In this document: one piece after another, positions 48,058 through 57,176 of the stretch
Layout: every line of letters begins with the position of its first letter
Numbering within the stretch: the first letter of the stretch is position 1
Assembly (NCBI GenBank): GCA_016927735.1
Contig: JAFGMC010000002.1
Coordinates: 4,290 to 68,289 of the forward strand
Length of the DNA: 64,000 nucleotides
Direction: 5' to 3'
Origin: Alphaproteobacteria bacterium
GTDB lineage: Bacteria > Pseudomonadota > Alphaproteobacteria > Rs-D84
Translations under genes and position numbers: made by a program
The notes under the pieces: generated by a model
The model's database searches: none
The model's input: only the letters and a program-made list of their open reading frames with translations
What the model was told of the DNA's origin: nothing

Positions 48058-49344
48058 TTATTGCATCACTTCATTATCATTTTTTTTCAAAATTTTCGGA
48101 TTTACGGTTTTTATTACAGGTTTATCTACAACAGGATTTTCTTCATCCACGACAGGATCTTCTGTTGTCAGAGTTTCTTTTTTATCTAATACACAGTTTT
48201 TGTATTCTGTTGGTTCTATTTTTGTCCAACATTGGGTTTCTAAGGCTGAATTTTTATCTTTCTTAGGACCAAATGTTAAATCTTGGGTTGTAAACTTCAC
48301 TGAATTTTTACAAAAACCGGTTGTAGTGGCTTTGTTATCAAAAATTTTACCAGCAGGGCATTTTATACAAACACCTGTACTTTCTGGAACACCAACCCTG
48401 GCATCACCAGAACATTCAATACAAGTTTTATCTGTTGCAGATGTAAAAGCCATACCAGCAACCTTGCAACGATATTCAAAACAGCTGCCTTTGGCCGTTA
48501 AATCATGAAATTCTTCAGCAAATTTAGCCTTGTCCCAACCTGTACAAAGTGTATTCATACTGCATAATGTGTTATTTATAGCTATACAATCTGTTTTTGT
48601 TGCGTTTGGTTCATACCCATCTTTACATAATAATGTTTCTTCACCAACGCCCCAGATTGTTGCAGTAGAAACCATATCTTTCCACCCATCACGTTGCGAT
48701 CTGACCACCATTGGTCTCGCAAAAGCCCCATGTCCAGATTGCAACCATCCAGATATTCCCAAAACCATATCATGTTCCTGACCAGCATTCAAACCACAAC
48801 CTTTGTATTCGTCCCAATTAAACATAACAATTGTACTTTCTACACTTGGACCAGATTTTGTTATTTTATAACCTGAAAAATCTGACTTTTTTATAAGTGT
48901 AGAATCACATGTTGTAGAATCATCACCCGTACAACCTTCACCACTGTGACCTGGTTTACATAACCAAAAGCATTTTGCCATATTTCCTGCAGGATTATAA
49001 TATTGTGTCCATGCATTTCCCTTATTTTTATTTGCACCTTGGGCCTGAGTTACACAGAATTTTGCACCATTTTCATTTACATCACGTGCCAATAACAATA
49101 AAGTCGCCATTTCATCATCAAAAGTTCCACGATTTGCTTGATCTTTCTTAGTACCAACCCAATTTTTACAACCAGATAAACTGTTTCCAACACAAGCATC
49201 ACCCAAACTCTGTCCTAAACAATGAGACATAGGTGGATTTCCCCAAAACGCTTTCATATCACTCTTTTTTTTACCAGCGGCAAAACTAGGTACAACCAAT
49301 GTACTTAAAATAAAAGTTAAAAAGATTTTCTTTATTAATTTCAT
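48058..49344 (-). CDS. secreted Cys-rich protein (428 aa, 22 Cys), unknown function
   Basis: Signal peptide MKLIKKIFLTFILSTLVVPSFA. Cys clusters include CIECSG...CIKCPAGKIF...FC. Pro/Val/Glu-rich tail. Confidence 0.7.
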   Translation of the reverse strand: MKLIKKIFLTFILSTLVVPSFAAGKKKSDMKAFWGNPPMSHCLGQSLGDACVGNSLSGCKNWVGTKKDQANRGTFDDEMATLLLLARDVNENGAKFCVTQAQGANKNKGNAWTQYYNPAGNMAKCFWLCKPGHSGEGCTGDDSTTCDSTLIKKSDFSGYKITKSGPSVESTIVMFNWDEYKGCGLNAGQEHDMVLGISGWLQSGHGAFARPMVVRSQRDGWKDMVSTATIWGVGEETLLCKDGYEPNATKTDCIAINNTLCSMNTLCTGWDKAKFAEEFHDLTAKGSCFEYRCKVAGMAFTSATDKTCIECSGDARVGVPESTGVCIKCPAGKIFDNKATTTGFCKNSVKFTTQDLTFGPKKDKNSALETQCWTKIEPTEYKNCVLDKKETLTTEDPVVDEENPVVDKPVIKTVNPKILKKNDNEVMQ

Positions 49345-49372
49345 ATATTTTTATTACTCCGAAACAATATTA

Positions 49373-51685
49373 TTATAAATAACACATATTGTTGTCCCAA
49401 TAACCGCCAATTTTTTCGCACTGTAGTTTATACCAATCTTCTGTAAAACTGCATGCATCAGTTGCAGAATCATATTTTGCATAACCATTACCACCGGTTG
49501 CATCATCTTGTGCTAAACACTGATAACGTGTTGTGTTTTGTATACAATATCCACGTTCACTGGAATTAGCCTCTGAATCACTTGGGGCCTCTTTACCGAA
49601 AACGTTTGAATAGAATATAGCTTCTTTTTTGATTCCAGCTGCATCTTCAGGATCAACCCATACACCATTTGCTTCTTCACAAGCAGCGGTAAACACATAA
49701 CTTAAATTTACCTCTATATCATTAATAATATTATTAATTGAACCACCAACCAAACTCTCATCTAATGTGTTTGTTGACGGATCTATGCAATATATATTTG
49801 CACGATCATAAAACATTTTTTTCAAATCCGCACTGGAAGTAGAACGACATGCATAAGGATATTCTTCATCACCAGCTGTTGGTGTACAAACATCTTTTGC
49901 ATAATTACTAATTGATTTTTCACAACCTTCGGCAACCTTTACATTGTCAACAGTTTGAACGAATGTCAAAAGAGCTGTCAAACCACATTGTGTATTCTTT
50001 AAACGACCATTATTATCAAATTCACATTTTACATCATTTGGCCCAGCATAAAGCGCTGCACAAGCAGCAACCTTGTCTGCACACATTGCACGTGCTGCAT
50101 AGGCATTCAAAGCGCCTGTTGCCTGAGCATTAGTGTTATCAAAACTTGCCAGTGCACCAGATTGCGTATCATAACATTCTTTCATAATACTGACGCAACT
50201 ATTTTTAATTGATTCTATTTTTGCATCTTGTGCCTGTGCAATTTCAATCAGAGCACTGCGTTTAAATTCTTCCCAAACGGTTGCAGCCTTATCACGGCAA
50301 GAATCTAGGGCTTTTTCTGCAAATATTTTTTTATCGTCTAAGAATTTACTAAATCTTGGATTTGAAGATATAACATCACCAGTCTTACTGTTCAGATTCA
50401 ATATTTCGGTCAATTGGAATAACTGGGGGGAATAAATAGGGTTACCAGTATTCACATCAATATAACTGCCTGTATAATCCAAACATTTTTTATAGTTTTC
50501 ACCACATGCCATTTCACCTGTAATATTTGCTTTTACATTTGTTATACATGCATTGACATCTGCAGAATTATGGGAACGATATTCTTCTAATCTAGATTCA
50601 CGTAAAATCTTTTCTGCGTCACGAACTGTTTTTGTCACAGCTTCTTTTTGTGTATCTATCTTTTTCTCGTATACATTACAATCTTGGGTTATTAAAATAC
50701 CATAAGAACTTTTCGCCATTGTTAAAACAGCACTGTTTTCACATGAATTTTTTATTAATTCCAAACATTGTTTGTTCGCTGAATTGTATAAAGAAGTACC
50801 TTCCAATTTACTTAAATCTTCATTTGTTCCGAAATTGAAAACAGAGCCAGAAGAATTATCACCCCAAATATCACCCAAATCAGATGTAAAATCTAATGAT
50901 AAACTGGATAATGATGTCGCAGAAGAATCAACTTTTTTCTTACCAGATAATAAATCACCAATTTCAGATAATACACTGGCTGCTGCACTAGGGTCATTCT
51001 TTATCGCATTTTCACCAACCGTGGCAGAATACATTGCATTAACTTCTGAAGCTGTTTTATCAATTGCATTTAAATTATTATCTTGGAATTGCATTAACAA
51101 TGTTTTTGCTTGATCCAATGCCGCTTCTGTATCACGAAAATCTGTAATTTTACCGCTGCAATAGCAACGACGATAAGTATCATTTGATTTTGCACAAAAT
51201 TGATCCATACAAGTATTGTACGCTTCACGACATGTCGCGTAACCACCACCAATTTTCGAAACATCATCAAAGACAGCTGTTGCACGAGAAGAGGCCGCAC
51301 GAGATACAGAGCCAGGTTGAACCGATGCAGAACGTGCAGCTAAAGGAATTTGTCCTGATCTGGTTATTGTTGCCGATCTGGCATTTGTACTGTCGGGTCT
51401 GGAATTTACAGAAACTGTTTGTTTTGCTGCCGAACGATTTGTCACAACACCATTACTTTGTTGTTCAATTGTTGCCCTAGAAGTGTTTACACGACGTACC
51501 GCGGCAGATCTGTTGGATTCTTTAATATCACCCCTTTGGGAGACAATAACAGCCGCAGAACGTGGGTTAGGTGACTGTACAGCGAACGTCATACCATGAA
51601 TCCCAGCCGTAGCAAGAAAAACAAATCCAAAAAATTTAAACAGTTTTTTATTCAAAATTCTACTCTTCCTGCTGCATTTTATCAT
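49373..51685 (-). CDS. large secreted Cys-rich protein (770 aa, 28 Cys after the signal), unknown function
   Basis: Signal peptide ...FFGFVFLATAGIHGMTFA. N-terminal RSA-type repeats, then CREAYNTCMDQFC...RRCYC and paired Cys throughout. Confidence 0.75.
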   Translation of the reverse strand: MIKCSRKSRILNKKLFKFFGFVFLATAGIHGMTFAVQSPNPRSAAVIVSQRGDIKESNRSAAVRRVNTSRATIEQQSNGVVTNRSAAKQTVSVNSRPDSTNARSATITRSGQIPLAARSASVQPGSVSRAASSRATAVFDDVSKIGGGYATCREAYNTCMDQFCAKSNDTYRRCYCSGKITDFRDTEAALDQAKTLLMQFQDNNLNAIDKTASEVNAMYSATVGENAIKNDPSAAASVLSEIGDLLSGKKKVDSSATSLSSLSLDFTSDLGDIWGDNSSGSVFNFGTNEDLSKLEGTSLYNSANKQCLELIKNSCENSAVLTMAKSSYGILITQDCNVYEKKIDTQKEAVTKTVRDAEKILRESRLEEYRSHNSADVNACITNVKANITGEMACGENYKKCLDYTGSYIDVNTGNPIYSPQLFQLTEILNLNSKTGDVISSNPRFSKFLDDKKIFAEKALDSCRDKAATVWEEFKRSALIEIAQAQDAKIESIKNSCVSIMKECYDTQSGALASFDNTNAQATGALNAYAARAMCADKVAACAALYAGPNDVKCEFDNNGRLKNTQCGLTALLTFVQTVDNVKVAEGCEKSISNYAKDVCTPTAGDEEYPYACRSTSSADLKKMFYDRANIYCIDPSTNTLDESLVGGSINNIINDIEVNLSYVFTAACEEANGVWVDPEDAAGIKKEAIFYSNVFGKEAPSDSEANSSERGYCIQNTTRYQCLAQDDATGGNGYAKYDSATDACSFTEDWYKLQCEKIGGYWDNNMCYL

Positions 51686-51711
51686 TTTTAATGGGTATCA
51701 ATCAATACGAA

Positions 51712-52293
51712 TTATTCAATACAACAATTAACCGCGTTTTTAACCCATTCACCCAGACGTTTTACAGTAGATTTATGTTCTGTATTTGAAGATTTTTCTA
51801 ACTTTTCTTCTGTTTCTTTTACATGAAAAGCCTCTGAAATAGTAGAATTATAAGTTTCTGATGCAACTTTTTTAACCCCTGTTATATCAATCAATTCCAT
51901 ATTCAGTCCCCAGAATAAAGAATATAAATCATATGCCTTATTAAATAAACTGTATGCATCTTCTTTTTTGCCGGCACCAATTGCCTTGGTTCCAACTTCC
52001 ATTACTCTCATTGACGCGGCCAATAAATGCTTTGATATACACCAGACTTCGCCATTGTCATTTTTAACAATATTTTGCATTAATTCTTTACGCATTTCTC
52101 GAACAGTATTAATCAAATCATAAAAACCTGTTTTTTCAGTCTTGGCACCACTAAAAAAGAAATGTTCTTCCAGTGAAATTAAGTTCATCAAAGCAATTGT
52201 TAAATCTTGGTCAGATGATAAATCCAAAGGGTTAGCCTTTTTGGCTGCATCAACTTTTTCAATCATTTGTTCCAGTGTCAATTTTTTTACCAT
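51712..52293 (-). CDS. helical cytoplasmic protein ending in CCIE, unknown function
   Basis: 193 aa with no signal peptide. Conserved-looking core DQDLTIALMNLISLEEHFFFSG...EVWCISKHLLAASMRVMEVGTK. C-terminus NAVNCCIE. Confidence 0.6.
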   Translation of the reverse strand: MVKKLTLEQMIEKVDAAKKANPLDLSSDQDLTIALMNLISLEEHFFFSGAKTEKTGFYDLINTVREMRKELMQNIVKNDNGEVWCISKHLLAASMRVMEVGTKAIGAGKKEDAYSLFNKAYDLYSLFWGLNMELIDITGVKKVASETYNSTISEAFHVKETEEKLEKSSNTEHKSTVKRLGEWVKNAVNCCIE

Positions 52294-52318
52294 TTCATTT
52301 TCCCTTATACTTAAATAT

Positions 52319-52834
52319 TTATTTTATATAAACTATTGCTGCGAATATTGCTGTGGCTATCATCAAGAACAATGTAGGTACAACTACTTTTTGAAAAGCA
52401 AATTTTGCATGACCATTATTATCACGTTTAATTCTCACATACCAACGTGCACCAAAATAAAATGCGATTGTTCCGACTATTATCCCGATTAAGAATTTAT
52501 CAATTCCCCACAATGTCAATGCACCAAAATCAATTCCTGGCATTAAATAAACACAGCCCAACAAAGCGTAATATGATATAAATGGTACAACTATTTGCCA
52601 GAATGCAGTGTTAACACCACGTTTTTTCAGCCAGCCAGCCGTCCAAAAGAACATAGACAATGTTAATCCACCCGCCCAAATACCAGTAATAACATCGTCA
52701 ACCCCCAACAATCTGGCACCTTCGAGTCCTGCACCAACCGCAACCGTGCATACTGGACAAACTGCCTGTGCAACAGGATTAAGCACAATTAATATTCCTA
52801 ATGATGCTAATAATATTTTTGTAATCTTATTCAT
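52319..52834 (-). CDS. polytopic membrane protein with N-terminal CPVC motif
   Basis: Signal-like N-terminus ...NPVAQA followed directly by VCPVCTVAVGAGL. About 4 further hydrophobic segments. Confidence 0.6.
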   Translation of the reverse strand: MNKITKILLASLGILIVLNPVAQAVCPVCTVAVGAGLEGARLLGVDDVITGIWAGGLTLSMFFWTAGWLKKRGVNTAFWQIVVPFISYYALLGCVYLMPGIDFGALTLWGIDKFLIGIIVGTIAFYFGARWYVRIKRDNNGHAKFAFQKVVVPTLFLMIATAIFAAIVYIK

Positions 52835-52887
52835 TATAAAAGTTCCTTTCTTTTCCCATGGATATTAGTAAAAAATGTGTTATTTGG

Positions 52888-53736
52888 TCAACATGATTTT
52901 TGTACCGCGCGCAAATGTGCAGACCGTGCACGTAGATTATTCTCTAATTCTTGTTCTGATGGCATAAAAGTTTTTAACAATTTGAATTTTGCAGGTTCAA
53001 TTTCTGGCATTCTGGGATCGCCAAGTGCGGTTGCCCATTCACGAAATACATTTTTTACCAATCTATCTTCCAGCGAATGAAAAGTCACACAAACACAAAT
53101 TCCACCAGTTTTTAAACGAGCGGGTACACTTTCCAGCGCGCGACGTATTTCACCCAACTCATCATTAACTGCAATTCGCAAGGCTTGAAAAACCGGCGCA
53201 ATATCTTTTGGATTATGAACCAGTTCTTTTAATTCAAAAGTTGTTTTTGGTAACTTTTCTTTAATTACCCTGGCAATTGGCATCGCTTTTTTAATATCCC
53301 CAAAATCATGTAATATTTTTGCCATTTCAGAAATCGATGAATTTTCTATTAATTCAGCAGCACTTTGACCTGTACTTTCCATACGCATATCCAATGGACC
53401 ATCAAAACGAAATGAAAACCCGCGTTCACCTTCATCAATTTGCATAGATGATATCCCCAGGTCAAAAACAATTGCATCCACAGTTTCATTTATATCTGAT
53501 ATTTTCGAGAAAGGTTTATTTATAAATTTGAAATTATTTGGAAATTCATTCTTGATGATATCTACTGTACTTTGAACATTTGGATCACGATCAAACGCAA
53601 TCACATTTGCGCCAGCAGCCAAAAAAGCCCGGGTATACCCACCAGCCCCAAAAGTACAATCAATGATTGTTTTGTCTTTAACATCGCCAAGAGTTTCCAA
53701 AACTTTATCAATAAGAACAGGAATGTGTTTCATCAT
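52888..53736 (-). CDS. rsmH: 16S rRNA (cytosine1402-N4)-methyltransferase
   Basis: HIPVL, DCTFGAGGYTRA, FDLGISSMQID, SFHSLEDR pattern. Confidence 0.93.
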   Translation of the reverse strand: MMKHIPVLIDKVLETLGDVKDKTIIDCTFGAGGYTRAFLAAGANVIAFDRDPNVQSTVDIIKNEFPNNFKFINKPFSKISDINETVDAIVFDLGISSMQIDEGERGFSFRFDGPLDMRMESTGQSAAELIENSSISEMAKILHDFGDIKKAMPIARVIKEKLPKTTFELKELVHNPKDIAPVFQALRIAVNDELGEIRRALESVPARLKTGGICVCVTFHSLEDRLVKNVFREWATALGDPRMPEIEPAKFKLLKTFMPSEQELENNLRARSAHLRAVQKSC

Positions 53737-56700
53737 TCAATTTCAACCTTTATCCCAAACCCTGCCAAATCAGAAGCGGTTGATTCAGAAAGTTCAACCA
53801 TTTTTGGTAATACCATCTTTGCAACCTTATCACCAGTATAAAGATTTAATATAATCTTGGTATGACCAGGGATTAAATTATCGAATACTTTTTTTATATC
53901 CGCCAAAACTGATTGATTTTTTATATCCAGGATAATTTTCTTTGCAATTTTGGCGACCCAGAAATTTAATGGAATTATAGAATCAACAAAAATAGAAACC
54001 CTGTCATCACGATTACTTACCTTGCCAGAAAGTATCACAACATTTTCGCCAGATAAGATTTGCGCAAATTCTGCTGCACTGTCACCAAATGCAACCGCAT
54101 CAATATTTCCAAAACTATCTGATGCATTGATTGTTATCATATCTTTACCCGCCTTGGTACGGCGACGTGAATACGAACTTACGTTTACTGCAATTTGAAC
54201 AGGCATACGATCACCCTTTTGTGACAGGGTGTTGCTGGTTGTTAATTTTGCGCGTGAAATTAAATTCTTGTACTGGTCTAATGGATGTGCAGAAATATAA
54301 AAACCAATTGCGGATAATTCATTTGCCAATATTTCCCCAAAACTCCATGCTGATGTTTTAGACAGATTTTTATGCAATCTATTCTCAGAAATGTCATCTT
54401 CAACTGTATTTGCAAATAAAGACAACGAATTAGAAAATTCTTTTGATTTTGATGCATAAGATAAAATAGTATCAGCATTCATAAACAACTTTGCACGATT
54501 TGGTTCCAAGGAATCCAGTACACCAACCTTGATAAATGCTTCCAATATTCTTTTGTTCATAACACCTGCACAACGTTTTGCAAAGTCAGTTAAATTCTTA
54601 AATTTGCCGTGTGCATTACGTTCTGCTATAATTAAATCAGTCGCTGTTGTTCCAACACCTTTTAGCGCAGCCAAACCATAAATAATCTTACCATCACGAA
54701 CCGTGAACAAAGATTCGCTTTCATTTATATTCGGTGGAACAACTGTTATGTTAAAATTAGATTTAGCATCATCAAAAAATAATGCCATTTGATCTGAATC
54801 ATTTAAATTACTGGACATTGATGCTGCCAGAAATTCTGGTGGATAGTTTGCCTTTATATACGCACACTGATTTGCAACAATAGAATAAGCAATAGCATGT
54901 GATTTGTTAAAAGCATATTTTGCAAATTCTTTGAACTTTTCCCATAAATTTTTTGCTGTTGCTTTATCCAAGGTTTTTTCCCGCTCGCAACCATCTAAGA
55001 ATTTAATCTCTAATTCATCCATCATTTTGGCGATTTTTTTACCCATCGCTTTACGCACGTTGTCAGATTCACCACGAGTAAATCCGGCAAGTGTACGTGT
55101 TAATTGCATAACCTGTTCTTGGTATACAATAATACCATAAGTTTCTTTTAATACTGGTTCTGCCTGTGGGTGAACATATTCTATTTTCTCATCACCATGC
55201 ATACGTGCTATAAATTGCGGAATAAATGCAATTGGACCTGGACGGTTCAAAGCATTCAAAGCAGATATTTCTAAAAAGCTATTAGGTTTCATTTTGCGTA
55301 ATGTCTGCTGAACAAATGGGGCATCAAATTGGAATATACCTTCGGTTAAACCTGCTTTCCATAATTTCATTGTTTTTGGATCATCTGTTGGAATTTTATC
55401 TAAATCAATATTTATTCCACGTGTTTGACGAATTAGTTTCGTCGCGTATTTTAAAACAGATAAAGTTTCCAAACCCAAAAAATCAAATTTTATAAGACCA
55501 GTTGCTTCCAAATAATGTCCATCAAATTGCGAAGATGGCAAGGCGTTTGATGGATCACGATAAACAGGTGCAACACATGTAGTTGGGCGATCACCAATAA
55601 CAACGCCACAGGCATGCTGGCCCAAGTTGCGTAATGAACCTTCCAGTTCTTGAGCGACATCAATAACCTTTTTCATATCATCATCATTACACAATATTTC
55701 TTGAATTTCTGATGAATCTTCGACAGCTGCTTTCAGAGTTTTTGCATCATTTGGTATTAATTTTGATAAACGATCTGATTTTGAATAAGGTATACCATAA
55801 ACACGACCAATATCACGAACCGCCCCGCGGGCTTGCAAACTGCCAAATGTAATTATACGACAAACAGAATCGCGTCCATATTTTTCACCAATGTAATTCA
55901 AAACACGTTCAATACCAATTGGTTCAAAATCCACGTCAAAGTCTGGCATTGAAATACGATCTGGATTTAAAAATCTTTCAAACAATAAACCATATTTTAA
56001 CGGATTAACATTTGTTATTCCCAATGACCATGCAACAATTGAACCTGCACCTGATCCACGTCCCGGTCCAACTAAAATATCATTTTTACGACACCATTCT
56101 ATGTAATCAGCAACAATTAAAAAATATCCTGGAAAACCCATATTTATAATTGTTTGAATTTCAAATTCTGCCTGGTCATAGTATGGTTTTGTATCTGTTA
56201 TACCTTCTTGTTCTAAACGTTTCGCCAGACCTGACATTGTATCATTGCGCAGAATTTTACTTTCTTGCTCTATACTTTCAGCGAATCTTGGTAACAAAGG
56301 TTTTTCGTGAACATTAACCATAAATGCACAACGTTTTGATATTACGACTGTGTTTTCTATCGCTTCGGGCAGATCTGAAAATAAATCTGTCATTTCTTCT
56401 ATTGATTTAAAATATTGTTCCGAAGATTTACGCGGACGATCCGGATCTATTACTTTTGTTTGTGATAAAACACAGGCCAGGGCGTCTTCGGCTTCATAAT
56501 TTTCAGGGCTAGCAAAACAAACATCATTTGTTGCAACAATTGGTATATTTAAATCTTGGGCGATATCCAGAAACATTTTTTCTGTTTTTATTTCTGATTC
56601 AAAACCATGTCTTTGAATTTCAATATAAAATCTGTCGCCAAATATTTTATGAAATCTTTTTGCCTGAATTTTAACTAAATCGTCTTGCCCATTTAACACA

Positions 56701-57140
56701 GACATTCCAAGTGGTCCAGTATGTGCACCAGATAAACAAATTAAGCCTTCATTATAATTTTCCAACTCGTCAAAAGTTATGTACGGTCCCAGATGATGAT
56801 TATCCAAACGCATATACATTATTTTGTTTAATTCACACAAATTTAAATAACCCGCATGATTTTGTACCAACAAAACAATTTTTGATAATGATGATTCACG
56901 TAAAATTTTTGGATCAGCACTATGATGATTTAAAGAAATTTCAATCCCGATAATCGGTTGAATTTTGTCTTTTGGCATAAGATCTGAAAACTCTGCCGTG
57001 CCAGACATTAAATTTGTATCTGTCAAAGCGCACGCAGACATACCATTCTTTTCACATAATTTCGGGATTTCTTTTATCTTCAGCGTACCACTGCCGATAG
57101 AAAATCTTGAATGCGTACGAAGATGAACAAATCCCGCCAT
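53733..57140 (-). CDS. dnaE: DNA polymerase III alpha subunit
   Basis: PHP domain FVHLRTHSRFS, core GPGRGSGAGSIVAW, PDFDVDF. 1135 aa. Confidence 0.96.
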   Translation of the reverse strand: MAGFVHLRTHSRFSIGSGTLKIKEIPKLCEKNGMSACALTDTNLMSGTAEFSDLMPKDKIQPIIGIEISLNHHSADPKILRESSLSKIVLLVQNHAGYLNLCELNKIMYMRLDNHHLGPYITFDELENYNEGLICLSGAHTGPLGMSVLNGQDDLVKIQAKRFHKIFGDRFYIEIQRHGFESEIKTEKMFLDIAQDLNIPIVATNDVCFASPENYEAEDALACVLSQTKVIDPDRPRKSSEQYFKSIEEMTDLFSDLPEAIENTVVISKRCAFMVNVHEKPLLPRFAESIEQESKILRNDTMSGLAKRLEQEGITDTKPYYDQAEFEIQTIINMGFPGYFLIVADYIEWCRKNDILVGPGRGSGAGSIVAWSLGITNVNPLKYGLLFERFLNPDRISMPDFDVDFEPIGIERVLNYIGEKYGRDSVCRIITFGSLQARGAVRDIGRVYGIPYSKSDRLSKLIPNDAKTLKAAVEDSSEIQEILCNDDDMKKVIDVAQELEGSLRNLGQHACGVVIGDRPTTCVAPVYRDPSNALPSSQFDGHYLEATGLIKFDFLGLETLSVLKYATKLIRQTRGINIDLDKIPTDDPKTMKLWKAGLTEGIFQFDAPFVQQTLRKMKPNSFLEISALNALNRPGPIAFIPQFIARMHGDEKIEYVHPQAEPVLKETYGIIVYQEQVMQLTRTLAGFTRGESDNVRKAMGKKIAKMMDELEIKFLDGCEREKTLDKATAKNLWEKFKEFAKYAFNKSHAIAYSIVANQCAYIKANYPPEFLAASMSSNLNDSDQMALFFDDAKSNFNITVVPPNINESESLFTVRDGKIIYGLAALKGVGTTATDLIIAERNAHGKFKNLTDFAKRCAGVMNKRILEAFIKVGVLDSLEPNRAKLFMNADTILSYASKSKEFSNSLSLFANTVEDDISENRLHKNLSKTSAWSFGEILANELSAIGFYISAHPLDQYKNLISRAKLTTSNTLSQKGDRMPVQIAVNVSSYSRRRTKAGKDMITINASDSFGNIDAVAFGDSAAEFAQILSGENVVILSGKVSNRDDRVSIFVDSIIPLNFWVAKIAKKIILDIKNQSVLADIKKVFDNLIPGHTKIILNLYTGDKVAKMVLPKMVELSESTASDLAGFGIKVEIE

Positions 57141-57176
57141 TTTTACCCCATATTAAAAAATTCACAATTCCAAACT

